Below the pieces are notes generated by a model that worked only from the letters and a program-made list of their open reading frames with translations, was not told where the DNA came from and ran no database searches. 64,000 nucleotides of DNA from a virus, in the IMG/VR virus record IMGVR_UViG_3300017987_000063, positions 26,972 to 90,971 of that record. One strand, written 5' to 3'. Positions 16,728 through 24,316 of the stretch are shown here, piece after piece (the first letter of the stretch is position 1; the number at the start of each line of letters is the position of its first letter). The position numbers were made by a program, and so were the translations under genes.

Positions 16728-17718
16728 CCTGTCCTGCTCCTCGTTCCCATCCAAGTATCTTCATAAGGTCTTCCACTGTCTCTCCAGCCGTGGCGGGGTC
16801 ATATTCCCGCGCCGCTCGTGGGTCACGCTTTTCCGGTATATCCCCCTTCTCCCTGTAGTATTTTATAGTCTCCCGGAAGCCAAGTATAATCCCAGGAGTA
16901 GGGTATAAGGCGCTCACGCCGATGGCTTTATACAGTTTATGCCAGCACTCAAAGGTAAAAGTTATCAATAAAACCGCCTCAACCGGCCCCATAATGTCGT
17001 AAAACTTATTCAACTGCCCTGCCTCCTTGCCGGTAAGACCGCCGCTAACATCCGCAGTTAACTCTCTCTGCTTGGCATACAAGGCCCGAATATCCGCCTT
17101 TGTGTAGTCATGAATCTCTTTTATTACTGGTTCTCTAGGAGACTTAACCCTCTTTGCCTTTTTACCCTGTCTTTTAACTCTTGCCGCCGTTGCCCTATTT
17201 TTACCCCGCTGGAGAGCTTGCGCAAGTGATTGCGCCTTCCCATCGGCGTGCGCCCGTAAGGGCGTCTCGCTATGTTCTTCATCTTTGTTTGTTTTTATTA
17301 AAGATTTATCTTTAATATCTTGTATTATTATGTCACGCACCTGCGATGGAACGTATTCCTTATCCTGCGATGGAATACGTTCCATTATCTCTGATGGAAT
17401 AAAGGCGGGTAATTTATGGTCTATAAGCCCCGTTTCCTGTGTTAATCCCAGCCCTCTTCTGGTGGTTGAAATTATACCCATTTCCCTGAGTTTGCGGTAT
17501 GCTCTATCAATAGTAGGCACAGATAACCCTAACCTATCTGCCAGAGTTTTATGGCCAACAATGCACTTGGATTTTTTGCCATAGCAATAGGTCGTAAGAG
17601 CTACATAGACTTGGCAGGTAGTAGGGTCAAGCGAAAAAATAACGTCTGGATGGACTTTTGCAAATCGCTTTAGTGTTCGCTCGTTATCTTTTTTTGCATC
17701 CTTTTTTTGCTTTTTCAT
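16699..17718 (-). CDS. Phage replication initiator with an N-terminal winged HTH
   Basis: GHKTLADRLGLSVPTIDRAYRKLREMGII. Lies directly upstream of the loader and helicase and contains internal iteron-like repeats. Confidence 0.75.
   Translation of the reverse strand: MKKQKKDAKKDNERTLKRFAKVHPDVIFSLDPTTCQVYVALTTYCYGKKSKCIVGHKTLADRLGLSVPTIDRAYRKLREMGIISTTRRGLGLTQETGLIDHKLPAFIPSEIMERIPSQDKEYVPSQVRDIIIQDIKDKSLIKTNKDEEHSETPLRAHADGKAQSLAQALQRGKNRATAARVKRQGKKAKRVKSPREPVIKEIHDYTKADIRALYAKQRELTADVSGGLTGKEAGQLNKFYDIMGPVEAVLLITFTFECWHKLYKAIGVSALYPTPGIILGFRETIKYYREKGDIPEKRDPRAAREYDPATAGETVEDLMKILGWERGAGQDEKAEAPAS
17220..17235. repeat. 16-bp quasi-palindrome, copy 2 (inverted orientation)
   Basis: GCGCAAGTGATTGCGC on the plus strand, inside the initiator gene. 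Confidence 0.85.
17284..17400. other. Putative replication origin: iteron-like repeats next to an AT-rich tract
   Basis: CCTGCGATGGAA at 17340 and 17364 and CTCTGATGGAA at 17389, adjacent to AT-rich 17284-17330. Confidence 0.5.
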
Positions 17719-18155
17719 TTATTTTTCCCCCGCTTCCTCGCTGGAGGGGTCTCCTCTTCCTGCTCCTCTACGGCTTTTTGCAATACATAAGGAGGCGCCC
17801 CTTCACGAATTAAAAGGCGCAAATAATCCGCGTCGGTCTCTGCCTGCAAAATCAGACCTTCTTTTATAAGCGTCCGCTCAAATTCTGCAATAACATTGCC
17901 TGTAATGTAGCGGTAGCCATTTACCTCTTTAAAAAGTTTAGCCCATGCCCTTCCAAGTTCCAGCCGTATTCCTTCATCTTCACAACCTCGTGCAGCATCG
18001 TAAAGAGGGTCGAGCGCGAAGGCATCCGCAAATTCCCTAAAAACCGGATCGTCATTTCCTTTTTTGTGTAGTCTGAAGATTATCGAAAGCTCGTTCTTCC
18101 GCCATTCTAGCTCAACTTTAATTGGGATAATATCGGTAAGCGTATCTGTAGGCAT
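17715..18155 (-). CDS. Hypothetical protein
   Basis: AAGGAGG RBS; its stop overlaps the initiator start. Confidence 0.7.
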   Translation of the reverse strand: MPTDTLTDIIPIKVELEWRKNELSIIFRLHKKGNDDPVFREFADAFALDPLYDAARGCEDEGIRLELGRAWAKLFKEVNGYRYITGNVIAEFERTLIKEGLILQAETDADYLRLLIREGAPPYVLQKAVEEQEEETPPARKRGKNK

Positions 18156-18275
18156 ACAACCTCCTTCTCCTTAAATAATGAAGCCCGCCGAGGGCAGCAA
18201 AATGATGGGTAGAAAAGGTGCGCTACACTCCCGGCGGGCTTTTGATTTTCTTTATGTATCCACCCATCGTTCGGA

Positions 18276-18304
18276 AGCATAGCATCCCGTGCCGCGCATG
18301 TCAA
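18276..18304 (-). promoter_or_regulatory. sigma70-type promoter for the replication operon
   Basis: TTGACA-17 bp-TATGCT with an extended -10 TG. Confidence 0.6.
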
Positions 18305-18312
18305 GTAAAAAA

Positions 18313-18597
18313 TCAGCAATGGGGGCAATTTTCCTCATCAGTATCGAAAAGAAGCATATCCATAAGCATTTCTTCCTTAGCTTCCAGATAGGTCTTTCGC
18401 TGCATTTTATTGGGATACAGGCTATCAACCACCTTTTTTGCCGCCTGTTTTAAAGGGCACTTGTCGCTGTTTACGTCCGGACATTTATCACAACCTTCCG
18501 GCCCCGCGCACCCGCTGAAGTCAATTAGGTCTTTCATTAAGCCTCTCCTTCCACCAGTTTCATGGCTCTGGTAACCAGCGGCTTTCCAACCACCCAC
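18313..18597 (-). CDS. Small Cys-rich protein; likely start MKDLIDF
   Basis: GGAGAGG RBS before the internal ATG at the upstream gene's stop. Confidence 0.55.
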   Translation of the reverse strand: MGGWKAAGYQSHETGGRRGLMKDLIDFSGCAGPEGCDKCPDVNSDKCPLKQAAKKVVDSLYPNKMQRKTYLEAKEEMLMDMLLFDTDEENCPHC

Positions 18598-19208
18598 CCG
18601 CAGGGCATTGTATGCGCGAAGGCTTTGCCGCGCCTGTACGCCTTGTCTGCATGGGTAATGGCTTTCGCTATACGCTCGGCCTCGGCTATACAGTCTTCAC
18701 AGCCCACCAGCGGGTCGCCGCAGTTTGACCCTTTCGTGGCTCCGAGCTTCCAGCATTTACGCATCCCGAAGTTTTTAGCCCTCATTTCATCCTTGCCCTC
18801 CGGAACCCCGTTCGTCCCGAAGAATTTATCCAGCTTCTCAAGATTCGGTAATCCTATCATTGTCCTGTCCTCCTTTTTAGTTTCGGCCTCATAAAAGACC
18901 TTGTTATAAATCTCGTAAACCTTATCCTCCGCCGCTGTCTGCCCGTATCCTACTATATACCGGCCTATGGTTATGGCGAAGCCTATTATCCTTTCCCTTA
19001 CCGCCGTATCGTCCACCTCGCGGAACCCTTTGCCGGTGGCCATTCTGAACATGGTCATAAAGTATTTTTTTAACGCCCGTGCGAAGGTAACCCCTTCTTC
19101 ACAGTCCTTTTTCAGCAGGATGGCCATGTTACGCACCCGCCTGTTACCCTCTGGAGTAAACATGCTCCACTCGGTCGGTACGTTTATTTTCTTATGTATT
19201 GCTCTCAT
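18537..19208 (-). CDS. Hypothetical protein, apparently a fusion of two modules with an internal start at 18860
   Basis: GGGGGACAGG leader at the start and a second GGAGGACAGGACAATG in frame internally. Confidence 0.7.
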   Translation of the reverse strand: MRAIHKKINVPTEWSMFTPEGNRRVRNMAILLKKDCEEGVTFARALKKYFMTMFRMATGKGFREVDDTAVRERIIGFAITIGRYIVGYGQTAAEDKVYEIYNKVFYEAETKKEDRTMIGLPNLEKLDKFFGTNGVPEGKDEMRAKNFGMRKCWKLGATKGSNCGDPLVGCEDCIAEAERIAKAITHADKAYRRGKAFAHTMPCGWVVGKPLVTRAMKLVEGEA

Positions 19209-19230
19209 GTCCTGTCCCCCTTATACTATT

Positions 19231-19258
19231 ATTATAGCATATATTTTTATAATGTCAA
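19231..19258 (-). promoter_or_regulatory. sigma70-type promoter, conserved-spacer family
   Basis: TTGACA-TTATAAAAATATATGC (16 bp)-TATAAT. Confidence 0.8.
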
Positions 19259-19336
19259 GTCTTTTCATAGCACTTTCGCCAGAAAAATGCAAGACCAGCG
19301 AAAAAATTTTTCGTGGGTCGGTTTTTGCGGTATCCG

Positions 19337-19373
19337 AAAAAAGTAATGCCCCTCTTGGACATTGAGGGGCATT
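19337..19373 (-). terminator. Intrinsic terminator
   Basis: AATGCCCCTC/GAGGGGCATT stem followed by a T-run on the minus strand. Confidence 0.7.
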
Positions 19374-19400
19374 TTAAGGAGGGGGTATAAAAACGAGCCG

Positions 19401-19619
19401 TTATTTTATGGCTCTGAGAGAAGCCTGCTCACGCGGAATATCCGTCTGCAGCCGACCAAGTCGGTTACAGTGAATTACTTGGAAGCCATCCCGCTCGGCG
19501 CAAGAATACTGTGGGCCTTCCCAATGGCGCGGAATGGCCTTGTAACAACCAGCCGGAGCGATTTGAGCGCACGGCCCTGCACAAGTCTTCATACATCCTC
19601 GCATCATTTTAACCGGCAT
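19401..19619 (-). CDS. 72 aa Cys-rich protein in its own transcription unit
   Basis: AGGAGG RBS, promoter TTGACA-17-TATATT at 19638-19666, and a downstream terminator. Confidence 0.6.
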   Translation of the reverse strand: MPVKMMRGCMKTCAGPCAQIAPAGCYKAIPRHWEGPQYSCAERDGFQVIHCNRLGRLQTDIPREQASLRAIK

Positions 19620-19698
19620 TTCTGCCTCCTGATTAAAAATATAACATACATCCCGCCACTTGTCAACCCCCGATGCGCCTTGTGACGGGTCGCGGTGC

Positions 19699-20079
19699 CT
19701 AGTGGAGTCCATCTGCCTTCTCCTCCTTCATTTGCAGATAGGCCGCCGCAATCTCTGTCATGTGCGCCGCCGAAAAGCCTATTAGGTACATGGCAATCTC
19801 CCGCGAATTGCAGCCATGCTTCCACAAGGGCATCAGGTAGGGAATATTCGCCCGCGCCTCGTCCATTTCCATCATGCGCTCAATCAGCTTGGCATAAGTC
19901 ATCCACGGTTCCTCTCCCGTATGCTCAAACTGCTTTTTCAGTTGGGACATGGCTCCGAGAACACGTTTAGTCAGTTTTTCGCTCATTGGCATCATCCTTA
20001 AAGCTGTCGGGCAGGCACAAATTGCACTCTCCTTCGCCTCGCATGATTTTAATGGCCTCTTCCCCGTGCTTCTCGGCAA
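19699..20079 (-). CDS. Hypothetical protein; likely start at MPMSEK
   Basis: Tiles with neighbouring genes. Confidence 0.55.
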   Translation of the reverse strand: MPRSTGKRPLKSCEAKESAICACPTALRMMPMSEKLTKRVLGAMSQLKKQFEHTGEEPWMTYAKLIERMMEMDEARANIPYLMPLWKHGCNSREIAMYLIGFSAAHMTEIAAAYLQMKEEKADGLH

Positions 20080-20479
20080 TAATCCTGTCCACCTCTTTCA
20101 TATCGTTCCAGAACTTATCGCGCACCTCGTCCGTAACCCTGCCAACGAAGTCCTTCTTCTCCACAGACCATATCAATGGCCCGCATAAAACGTGTGCATC
20201 CGGATGAATTGCGTGGATAAGCTCCAGACGCTTTTCCTCCCAGTCCGCGTTGACCACCTTCATTTCCTTGCGGACATGCTCCAGCAGCACCGGTATTGCG
20301 CCTCGCTCAAACACATCCTGCGTGGCATCCATGATTTTTTTCCGCACATCGGTCAACTGTGCGTCACGCTCCGTCGTAAGCGTCCCAGCGAAGCTCCCAT
20401 TGCGCCTGTACTGTTCCAGCCCATCCAGCACCAGCCCAAACTCCTCCGCGTCAAGCTCCAGTATTACAAGATCGCTCAT
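19967..20479 (-). CDS. Hypothetical protein
   Basis: AAGGAGG RBS and a protein-like composition. Confidence 0.7.
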   Translation of the reverse strand: MSDLVILELDAEEFGLVLDGLEQYRRNGSFAGTLTTERDAQLTDVRKKIMDATQDVFERGAIPVLLEHVRKEMKVVNADWEEKRLELIHAIHPDAHVLCGPLIWSVEKKDFVGRVTDEVRDKFWNDMKEVDRIIAEKHGEEAIKIMRGEGECNLCLPDSFKDDANERKTD

Positions 20480-20497
20480 GTTGCCTCCTTTTTAGGG

Positions 20498-20563
20498 TGG
20501 GGGGCTTGCAGGGAATCTCACCCTGACACCGGGTAGCTATGCCGGTATTGGCCACAAGCCCCC
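20498..20563 (-). ncRNA. tRNA-like three-way-junction element lacking a D-arm
   Basis: GGGGGCUUG/CAAGCCCCC closing stem, AUACCGG/CCGGUGU arm, and CAGGG-UGAGAUU-CCCUG T-arm-like hairpin. Confidence 0.4.
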
Positions 20564-20658
20564 ATAAAATTTAAAGCGTCCGGTCTCTCACCGAATCGGT
20601 CATGGCCACTCCCGTTTTTACCGGCCTGTCCGGTATCTGCTCTCGCGCAGCCACTTCG

Positions 20659-20898
20659 TTATTTTTTATTCCACGTTGAAGCAATTTCCTCAAGCTGTCC
20701 CTCAACGCTCTGGATTGTAGCCCATTTGCCTTTGGGGAACCACGCATCTGCATCGGGCAGGGCTTTCATAAGCTGAAGAATCCATGACATTCTTTCAGGC
20801 TGCTCCTCCACCGCAAAAGGCTCCCCGAATGCAAGCTCCAGCCCTTTTGCGGCCTTCTCCGATAATGTTACTGTGGTCTTCATACTGCATCCTCTCAA
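20659..20898 (-). CDS. Hypothetical protein
   Basis: Tiles in the minus-strand operon. Confidence 0.55.
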   Translation of the reverse strand: MRGCSMKTTVTLSEKAAKGLELAFGEPFAVEEQPERMSWILQLMKALPDADAWFPKGKWATIQSVEGQLEEIASTWNKK

Positions 20899-21098
20899 TA
20901 AGGCGGAACATCCGTCAAGTCCGCCCGCTTCTCCACGTTCGGCTTCCGGTAAGGCTTGTAAACGGCCTCGTTGTCAGATACAGGGAACCGCAGGTCATAA
21001 TACCGCCCCTCAATCGGGGCATCCTCGCACATCTCCACATCGTGGTCGGTAAAGCGGATAATTACCGCCTGGCGCCGGGCTTGGTCTCTTGTCCGCAT
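20895..21098 (-). CDS. Hypothetical protein; start may be slightly upstream, near 21116
   Basis: Preceded by the variant leader ACAGGACAGGAGC. Confidence 0.55.
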   Translation of the reverse strand: MRTRDQARRQAVIIRFTDHDVEMCEDAPIEGRYYDLRFPVSDNEAVYKPYRKPNVEKRADLTDVPPY

Positions 21099-21133
21099 AT
21101 TTCACATTTATTCATGTTTAGCTCCTGTCCTGT

Positions 21134-21176
21134 AAAAAAGTCAGGCGAGGGTGGGAGGACAGGCCACACCCCCGCC
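21134..21176 (-). terminator. Intrinsic terminator whose loop is antisense to the GGAGGACAGG start motif
   Basis: GGCGGGGGUG/CACCCUCGCC stem, loop UGGCCUGUCCUCC, then a U6 tract. Confidence 0.7.
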
Positions 21177-21181
21177 CTCAA

Positions 21182-21490
21182 TTATGCGGTCATATCAGCC
21201 GCGATTCTCGCAAGCTGTCCCGCATACTTCTTAATCTTTTTCCGTATAAGCTCGCCCTGCTTCGGGGTAACAAACCCCTTGTCCATATACCACTGGGCGA
21301 TGCTGGTAAGCACCGGCGCGTCGTGGCCGGTAAAGCCGACACCATTATTGTGGCGCGTGTCGCCCGCTGCCTGCTCGTCTGCGGTCTGCCGGTGGTACAA
21401 GGCCACCAGAGCATTTGCGAGCCTTTTGTGCGGGGCTGTGGCTATCCAGCCAGCCATTTTTGCCTTCTGTGCCTTCTGTTCTTTAGTCAT
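21182..21490 (-). CDS. Phage hypothetical protein
   Basis: Starts MTKEQK after GGAGGACAGGACA; contains LYHRQTADEQ...NGVGFTGHDA. Confidence 0.7.
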   Translation of the reverse strand: MTKEQKAQKAKMAGWIATAPHKRLANALVALYHRQTADEQAAGDTRHNNGVGFTGHDAPVLTSIAQWYMDKGFVTPKQGELIRKKIKKYAGQLARIAADMTA

Positions 21491-21650
21491 TGTCCTGTCC
21501 TCCATGCCCATCGTCAAGGGCTTGCGCGGCCTGTTCAAGCTCGCGCTTTGCGGTTTCAACGTAACTCCATTCGCCTTCGGTCAAGGCATCGTTTAAATGG
21601 TCTAATGCCTCGTTGACCTTGTTGGCTATAAAATCGTAATCGCGTTTCAT
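21483..21650 (-). CDS. 55 aa hypothetical protein (not in the ORF track)
   Basis: MKRDYDFIANKVNEAL..., with a GGGAG RBS, downstream of a promoter. Confidence 0.55.
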   Translation of the reverse strand: MKRDYDFIANKVNEALDHLNDALTEGEWSYVETAKRELEQAAQALDDGHGGQDND

Positions 21651-21727
21651 TATATGGTCTCCCGTGGTGCTTCGGGGAGTCCGAAGGTATCGCTGTTCAC
21701 CCCCGGCCTGATGTCCACATGATTATT

Positions 21728-21755
21728 ATTATAGCATATATATTTAAAACGTCAA
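21728..21755 (-). promoter_or_regulatory. sigma70-type promoter, conserved-spacer family
   Basis: TTGACG-TTTTAAATATATATGC (16 bp)-TATAAT. Confidence 0.78.
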
Positions 21756-21769
21756 TACCTCTGGCCGGT

Positions 21770-22048
21770 TTATTTCGCCTTTTTCGGCTTTTTCTTCAGG
21801 CCAATCTCGATTATTGTCTGAATAATGATGGCCACCACCACCGGCCATATCAGGGTCAAGGCCATAATCATGCGTGGCCTGTCCGGTTCATCTTCCGGCA
21901 GATAAATTGCCAGTAAAAAACCGGTAATAATAGCCCCCCACAGGTATATGGTCATGGCCATCATTTTTCCACCTCGATTCTGATTTTGCGGATAGTAAAA
22001 CCTTCGCTTTGTAATAGCTTCCAGTGATTTTTGCCCGGCCCTTGCCAT
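21770..22048 (-). CDS. Small two-TM membrane protein; likely start MMAMTIY
   Basis: Two hydrophobic segments and a Lys-rich tail. Confidence 0.6.
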   Translation of the reverse strand: MARAGQKSLEAITKRRFYYPQNQNRGGKMMAMTIYLWGAIITGFLLAIYLPEDEPDRPRMIMALTLIWPVVVAIIIQTIIEIGLKKKPKKAK

Positions 22049-22161
22049 CCGCTAAACTCCTTATTGGTTTCTTCAATTGCGTCTTTTCTTTTTTGCCGAA
22101 TTGAGGCTATAATTATTCTGCCTTTGGGAGTAAATCCCGCCCATACGATGATTGGTTTCAT
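21961..22161 (-). CDS. Hypothetical protein
   Basis: ATGA-type overlaps on both sides. Confidence 0.55.
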   Translation of the reverse strand: MKPIIVWAGFTPKGRIIIASIRQKRKDAIEETNKEFSGWQGPGKNHWKLLQSEGFTIRKIRIEVEK

Positions 22162-22424
22162 TTTTTCGGCCCTTCCAGCTTGATAAGCCCCGCCTCGGTA
22201 GCCCTTCGGTAAAGCTCACCGGTATCGCACCATGCCTCCTGCGCCTTTACCTCGTCGGGGAAGACTGTCCTCAGCCGCTCCTTGTTAATCCTGTCCGCTG
22301 CGCCGATGGCGTTAAACAGGTGGGTCGAAAAGCTCCCCGCCTTGTTTTTCTGGTAATCCAGATAAAGCATCTCGGCTTCGGTAAACTTGATTCCTTTGAT
22401 TTCCGGCATTTTATCCTCCCGCAA
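22158..22424 (-). CDS. Hypothetical protein; likely start MPEIK
   Basis: GGAGG RBS; GSFSTHLFNAIGAADRINKERL. Confidence 0.65.
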   Translation of the reverse strand: MREDKMPEIKGIKFTEAEMLYLDYQKNKAGSFSTHLFNAIGAADRINKERLRTVFPDEVKAQEAWCDTGELYRRATEAGLIKLEGPKK

Positions 22425-22434
22425 TCACTTGCGC
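22419..22434. repeat. 16-bp quasi-palindrome, copy 3
   Basis: CCGCAATCACTTGCGC overlapping a stop codon and abutting the next RBS. Confidence 0.85.
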
Positions 22435-22862
22435 TTTGGTAACTCGGCCTCAATACCCTTTTCGGCCTGTTCTTCAAAGCCCTTGATAAGCTCGTCCATG
22501 CTGCCATCCGGAAGCTCGAATTCGTCCCCGAATATCTTGTCCAAGCCCATCTTTTTCATGGTCTTAAAGGTCTCGGCCAGTTCCGCACCCTGTGCCTTGA
22601 CCGCCTCATTAAACTGCTCCTTCGTTATATTCAGGTCTATCTTTTCCATCTCCTTTTTCTCCCTTCTGTTCATCTCCCGCTTTATTGCCCTGCCATTCGG
22701 ACAGATGCAGGGCCTCTGGTCGGTATAGACGCGCCCTGTCCGCGCATTAACCACCTTCAGGTCAACCATGCCGGAGTTATCGCATAGCCCGCATTTATTG
22801 AATTTCGGTAAAAAGCTATCATCCATTTCCACCATAAACTCCCACCATAATGCTTTTGCCAT
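22425..22862 (-). CDS. Hypothetical zinc-finger protein
   Basis: CGLCDNSG...CICPNG, with an AGGAGG RBS. Confidence 0.65.
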   Translation of the reverse strand: MAKALWWEFMVEMDDSFLPKFNKCGLCDNSGMVDLKVVNARTGRVYTDQRPCICPNGRAIKREMNRREKKEMEKIDLNITKEQFNEAVKAQGAELAETFKTMKKMGLDKIFGDEFELPDGSMDELIKGFEEQAEKGIEAELPKRK

Positions 22863-22871
22863 GTCAACCTC

Positions 22872-23300
22872 CTAACTGTAGTCAACCTCAATGGGCTCCC
22901 CGCGCAGGGTAAACTCACCGCGCTCCAGCGTAGCCGCACCGGATATTACACCGATGGCCACCGCGTCCCAGTCGCCCATAAAGGCTCCAGCCGCCGACAC
23001 GCCTCCATGCGTATCGTCAAACTCCCCGCTCTGGCCATAGGTTTCAATCATCCTGTCCGTGCAGTGTAGTGCCCTGCCTTCGGGGAAGATTATCTTGTTA
23101 TGGTAATGGCCTATCTCCCGCTCCTCTACGATGCAGTCGCGCCGGGAGATAACCCGCGTCCGTACCCATTTGCGTCCTTCTTCCATGTTATGCCGCCATC
23201 CCTTCCGCCCGCGCCAAGTCCTTCCGTATGGCTTCCGCGATAGCCAATTCAGCGGCAGCCGCCTCAGCGTAACCGCGCAGCCAGCACATGGCCATGTCAA
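22872..23300 (-). CDS. Hypothetical protein; likely start MEEGRK
   Basis: Tiles after 23188..23412. Confidence 0.55.
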   Translation of the reverse strand: MTWPCAGCAVTLRRLPLNWLSRKPYGRTWRGRKGWRHNMEEGRKWVRTRVISRRDCIVEEREIGHYHNKIIFPEGRALHCTDRMIETYGQSGEFDDTHGGVSAAGAFMGDWDAVAIGVISGAATLERGEFTLRGEPIEVDYS

Positions 23301-23412
23301 AATCTCTGCCTTTGAAGGGATTATCGGTTATAAAGTATTCGCGGTCGAAGGCTTCCTTACCCTCAAAGTAAGCCGCCCTGCCTTCCTCGGTAATAATAGC
23401 GGTATTTTCCAT
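23188..23412 (-). CDS. Small hypothetical protein
   Basis: GGAGGACAGG leader; G..A....NPF....W..GY pattern shared with 26664..26888. Confidence 0.65.
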   Translation of the reverse strand: MENTAIITEEGRAAYFEGKEAFDREYFITDNPFKGRDFDMAMCWLRGYAEAAAAELAIAEAIRKDLARAEGMAA

Positions 23413-23464
23413 TATCCTGTCCTCCTGTTATGTTTTTATGGAAGGGGCTTGCGCCCCCGCCTTG

Positions 23465-23737
23465 TTATTCGTTATGGGCATCCATCCAGTTGCTCACCGC
23501 AAGCTGGTGTTTGCAGGGTATTCCGAACCTTTTTGCATGGGTCTCATGGTCTTTGCAGGTGCAGCGGGTCGCACCCTCGTCGTCCATGTGGATGCTGTAA
23601 AATGTGTCTTCGGCGGAGCCTTTAGCGATAAACTCGCGCTCGCTGGCTCTCTCAATTTCAACCTCTGCCGCCCTGTCCATGCGGGCAAGGTACATCTCCA
23701 TCCTGCGTCCGTATTGTGTTAGTGCCATCTTTGTCAT
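23465..23737 (-). CDS. SWIM zinc-finger protein
   Basis: CTCKD...PCKH, with a GGAGGACAGG leader. Confidence 0.75.
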   Translation of the reverse strand: MTKMALTQYGRRMEMYLARMDRAAEVEIERASEREFIAKGSAEDTFYSIHMDDEGATRCTCKDHETHAKRFGIPCKHQLAVSNWMDAHNE

Positions 23738-23793
23738 TGTCCTGTCCTCCTGCTTTTTTATTTTCGGGCTTTATCTCGCCCCTTATGATTATT

Positions 23794-23821
23794 ATTATAG
23801 CATATATATTTATAATGTCAA
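23794..23821 (-). promoter_or_regulatory. sigma70-type promoter, conserved-spacer family
   Basis: TTGACA-TTATAAATATATATGC (16 bp)-TATAAT. Confidence 0.8.
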
Positions 23822-24210
23822 TAGGTTTCGGAAAGAATATTCGCTTTTTCAGCAGATTCTTCATCCCGTACCCATTTTCCACCCTTTTTCACCTCGATCT
23901 TCAGGTTCTCCGCCCTCATAGCCCGCTCCGTAGCCTTTTCCACCTCGGCCTCAACCTGAACGACCTGTCCGGTCTTGATTTTTAGCCACCTCTGAAACTC
24001 CTTGCTTTGCGCCATGCGCTTAAACGCCAGCTTCTTGTTCTGCCTTTGATACCGCTCATCCTGTGCCGTGCCCACCGCTCCGCTTGGAGGATGGGTACAC
24101 CGAACGGCAGTGTCTCGCTTATTCCTGTTCTGCCCACCCGCGCCGCTCCCCCTGAAATAATCCCACTTACAATCGGCAGCGGTCACCGAAAAGAGTAATT
24201 TACGGCTCAT
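23818..24210 (-). CDS. Class I release-factor-like (RF-1 domain, GGQ) peptidyl-tRNA hydrolase
   Basis: RGSGAGGQNRNKRDTAVRCTHPPSG...DERYQRQNKKLA; no codon-recognition domain. Confidence 0.88.
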   Translation of the reverse strand: MSRKLLFSVTAADCKWDYFRGSGAGGQNRNKRDTAVRCTHPPSGAVGTAQDERYQRQNKKLAFKRMAQSKEFQRWLKIKTGQVVQVEAEVEKATERAMRAENLKIEVKKGGKWVRDEESAEKANILSETY

Positions 24211-24316
24211 TATTCACCTCGCATTGATTTTCTCCGCTCCTCCAGCCTTTTTCCCCATCGCTCCAGCATATCCCCAAAGTTCCACAGCCATCTGGCTAAA
24301 ATCCGTCTTATCGTGT

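Noticed and set aside
23818-24210. Stop-codon reassignment implied by the release-factor-like gene
   Set aside because: Genes tile fully under the standard code with TAA, TGA and TAG stops, and no suppressor tRNA is present.
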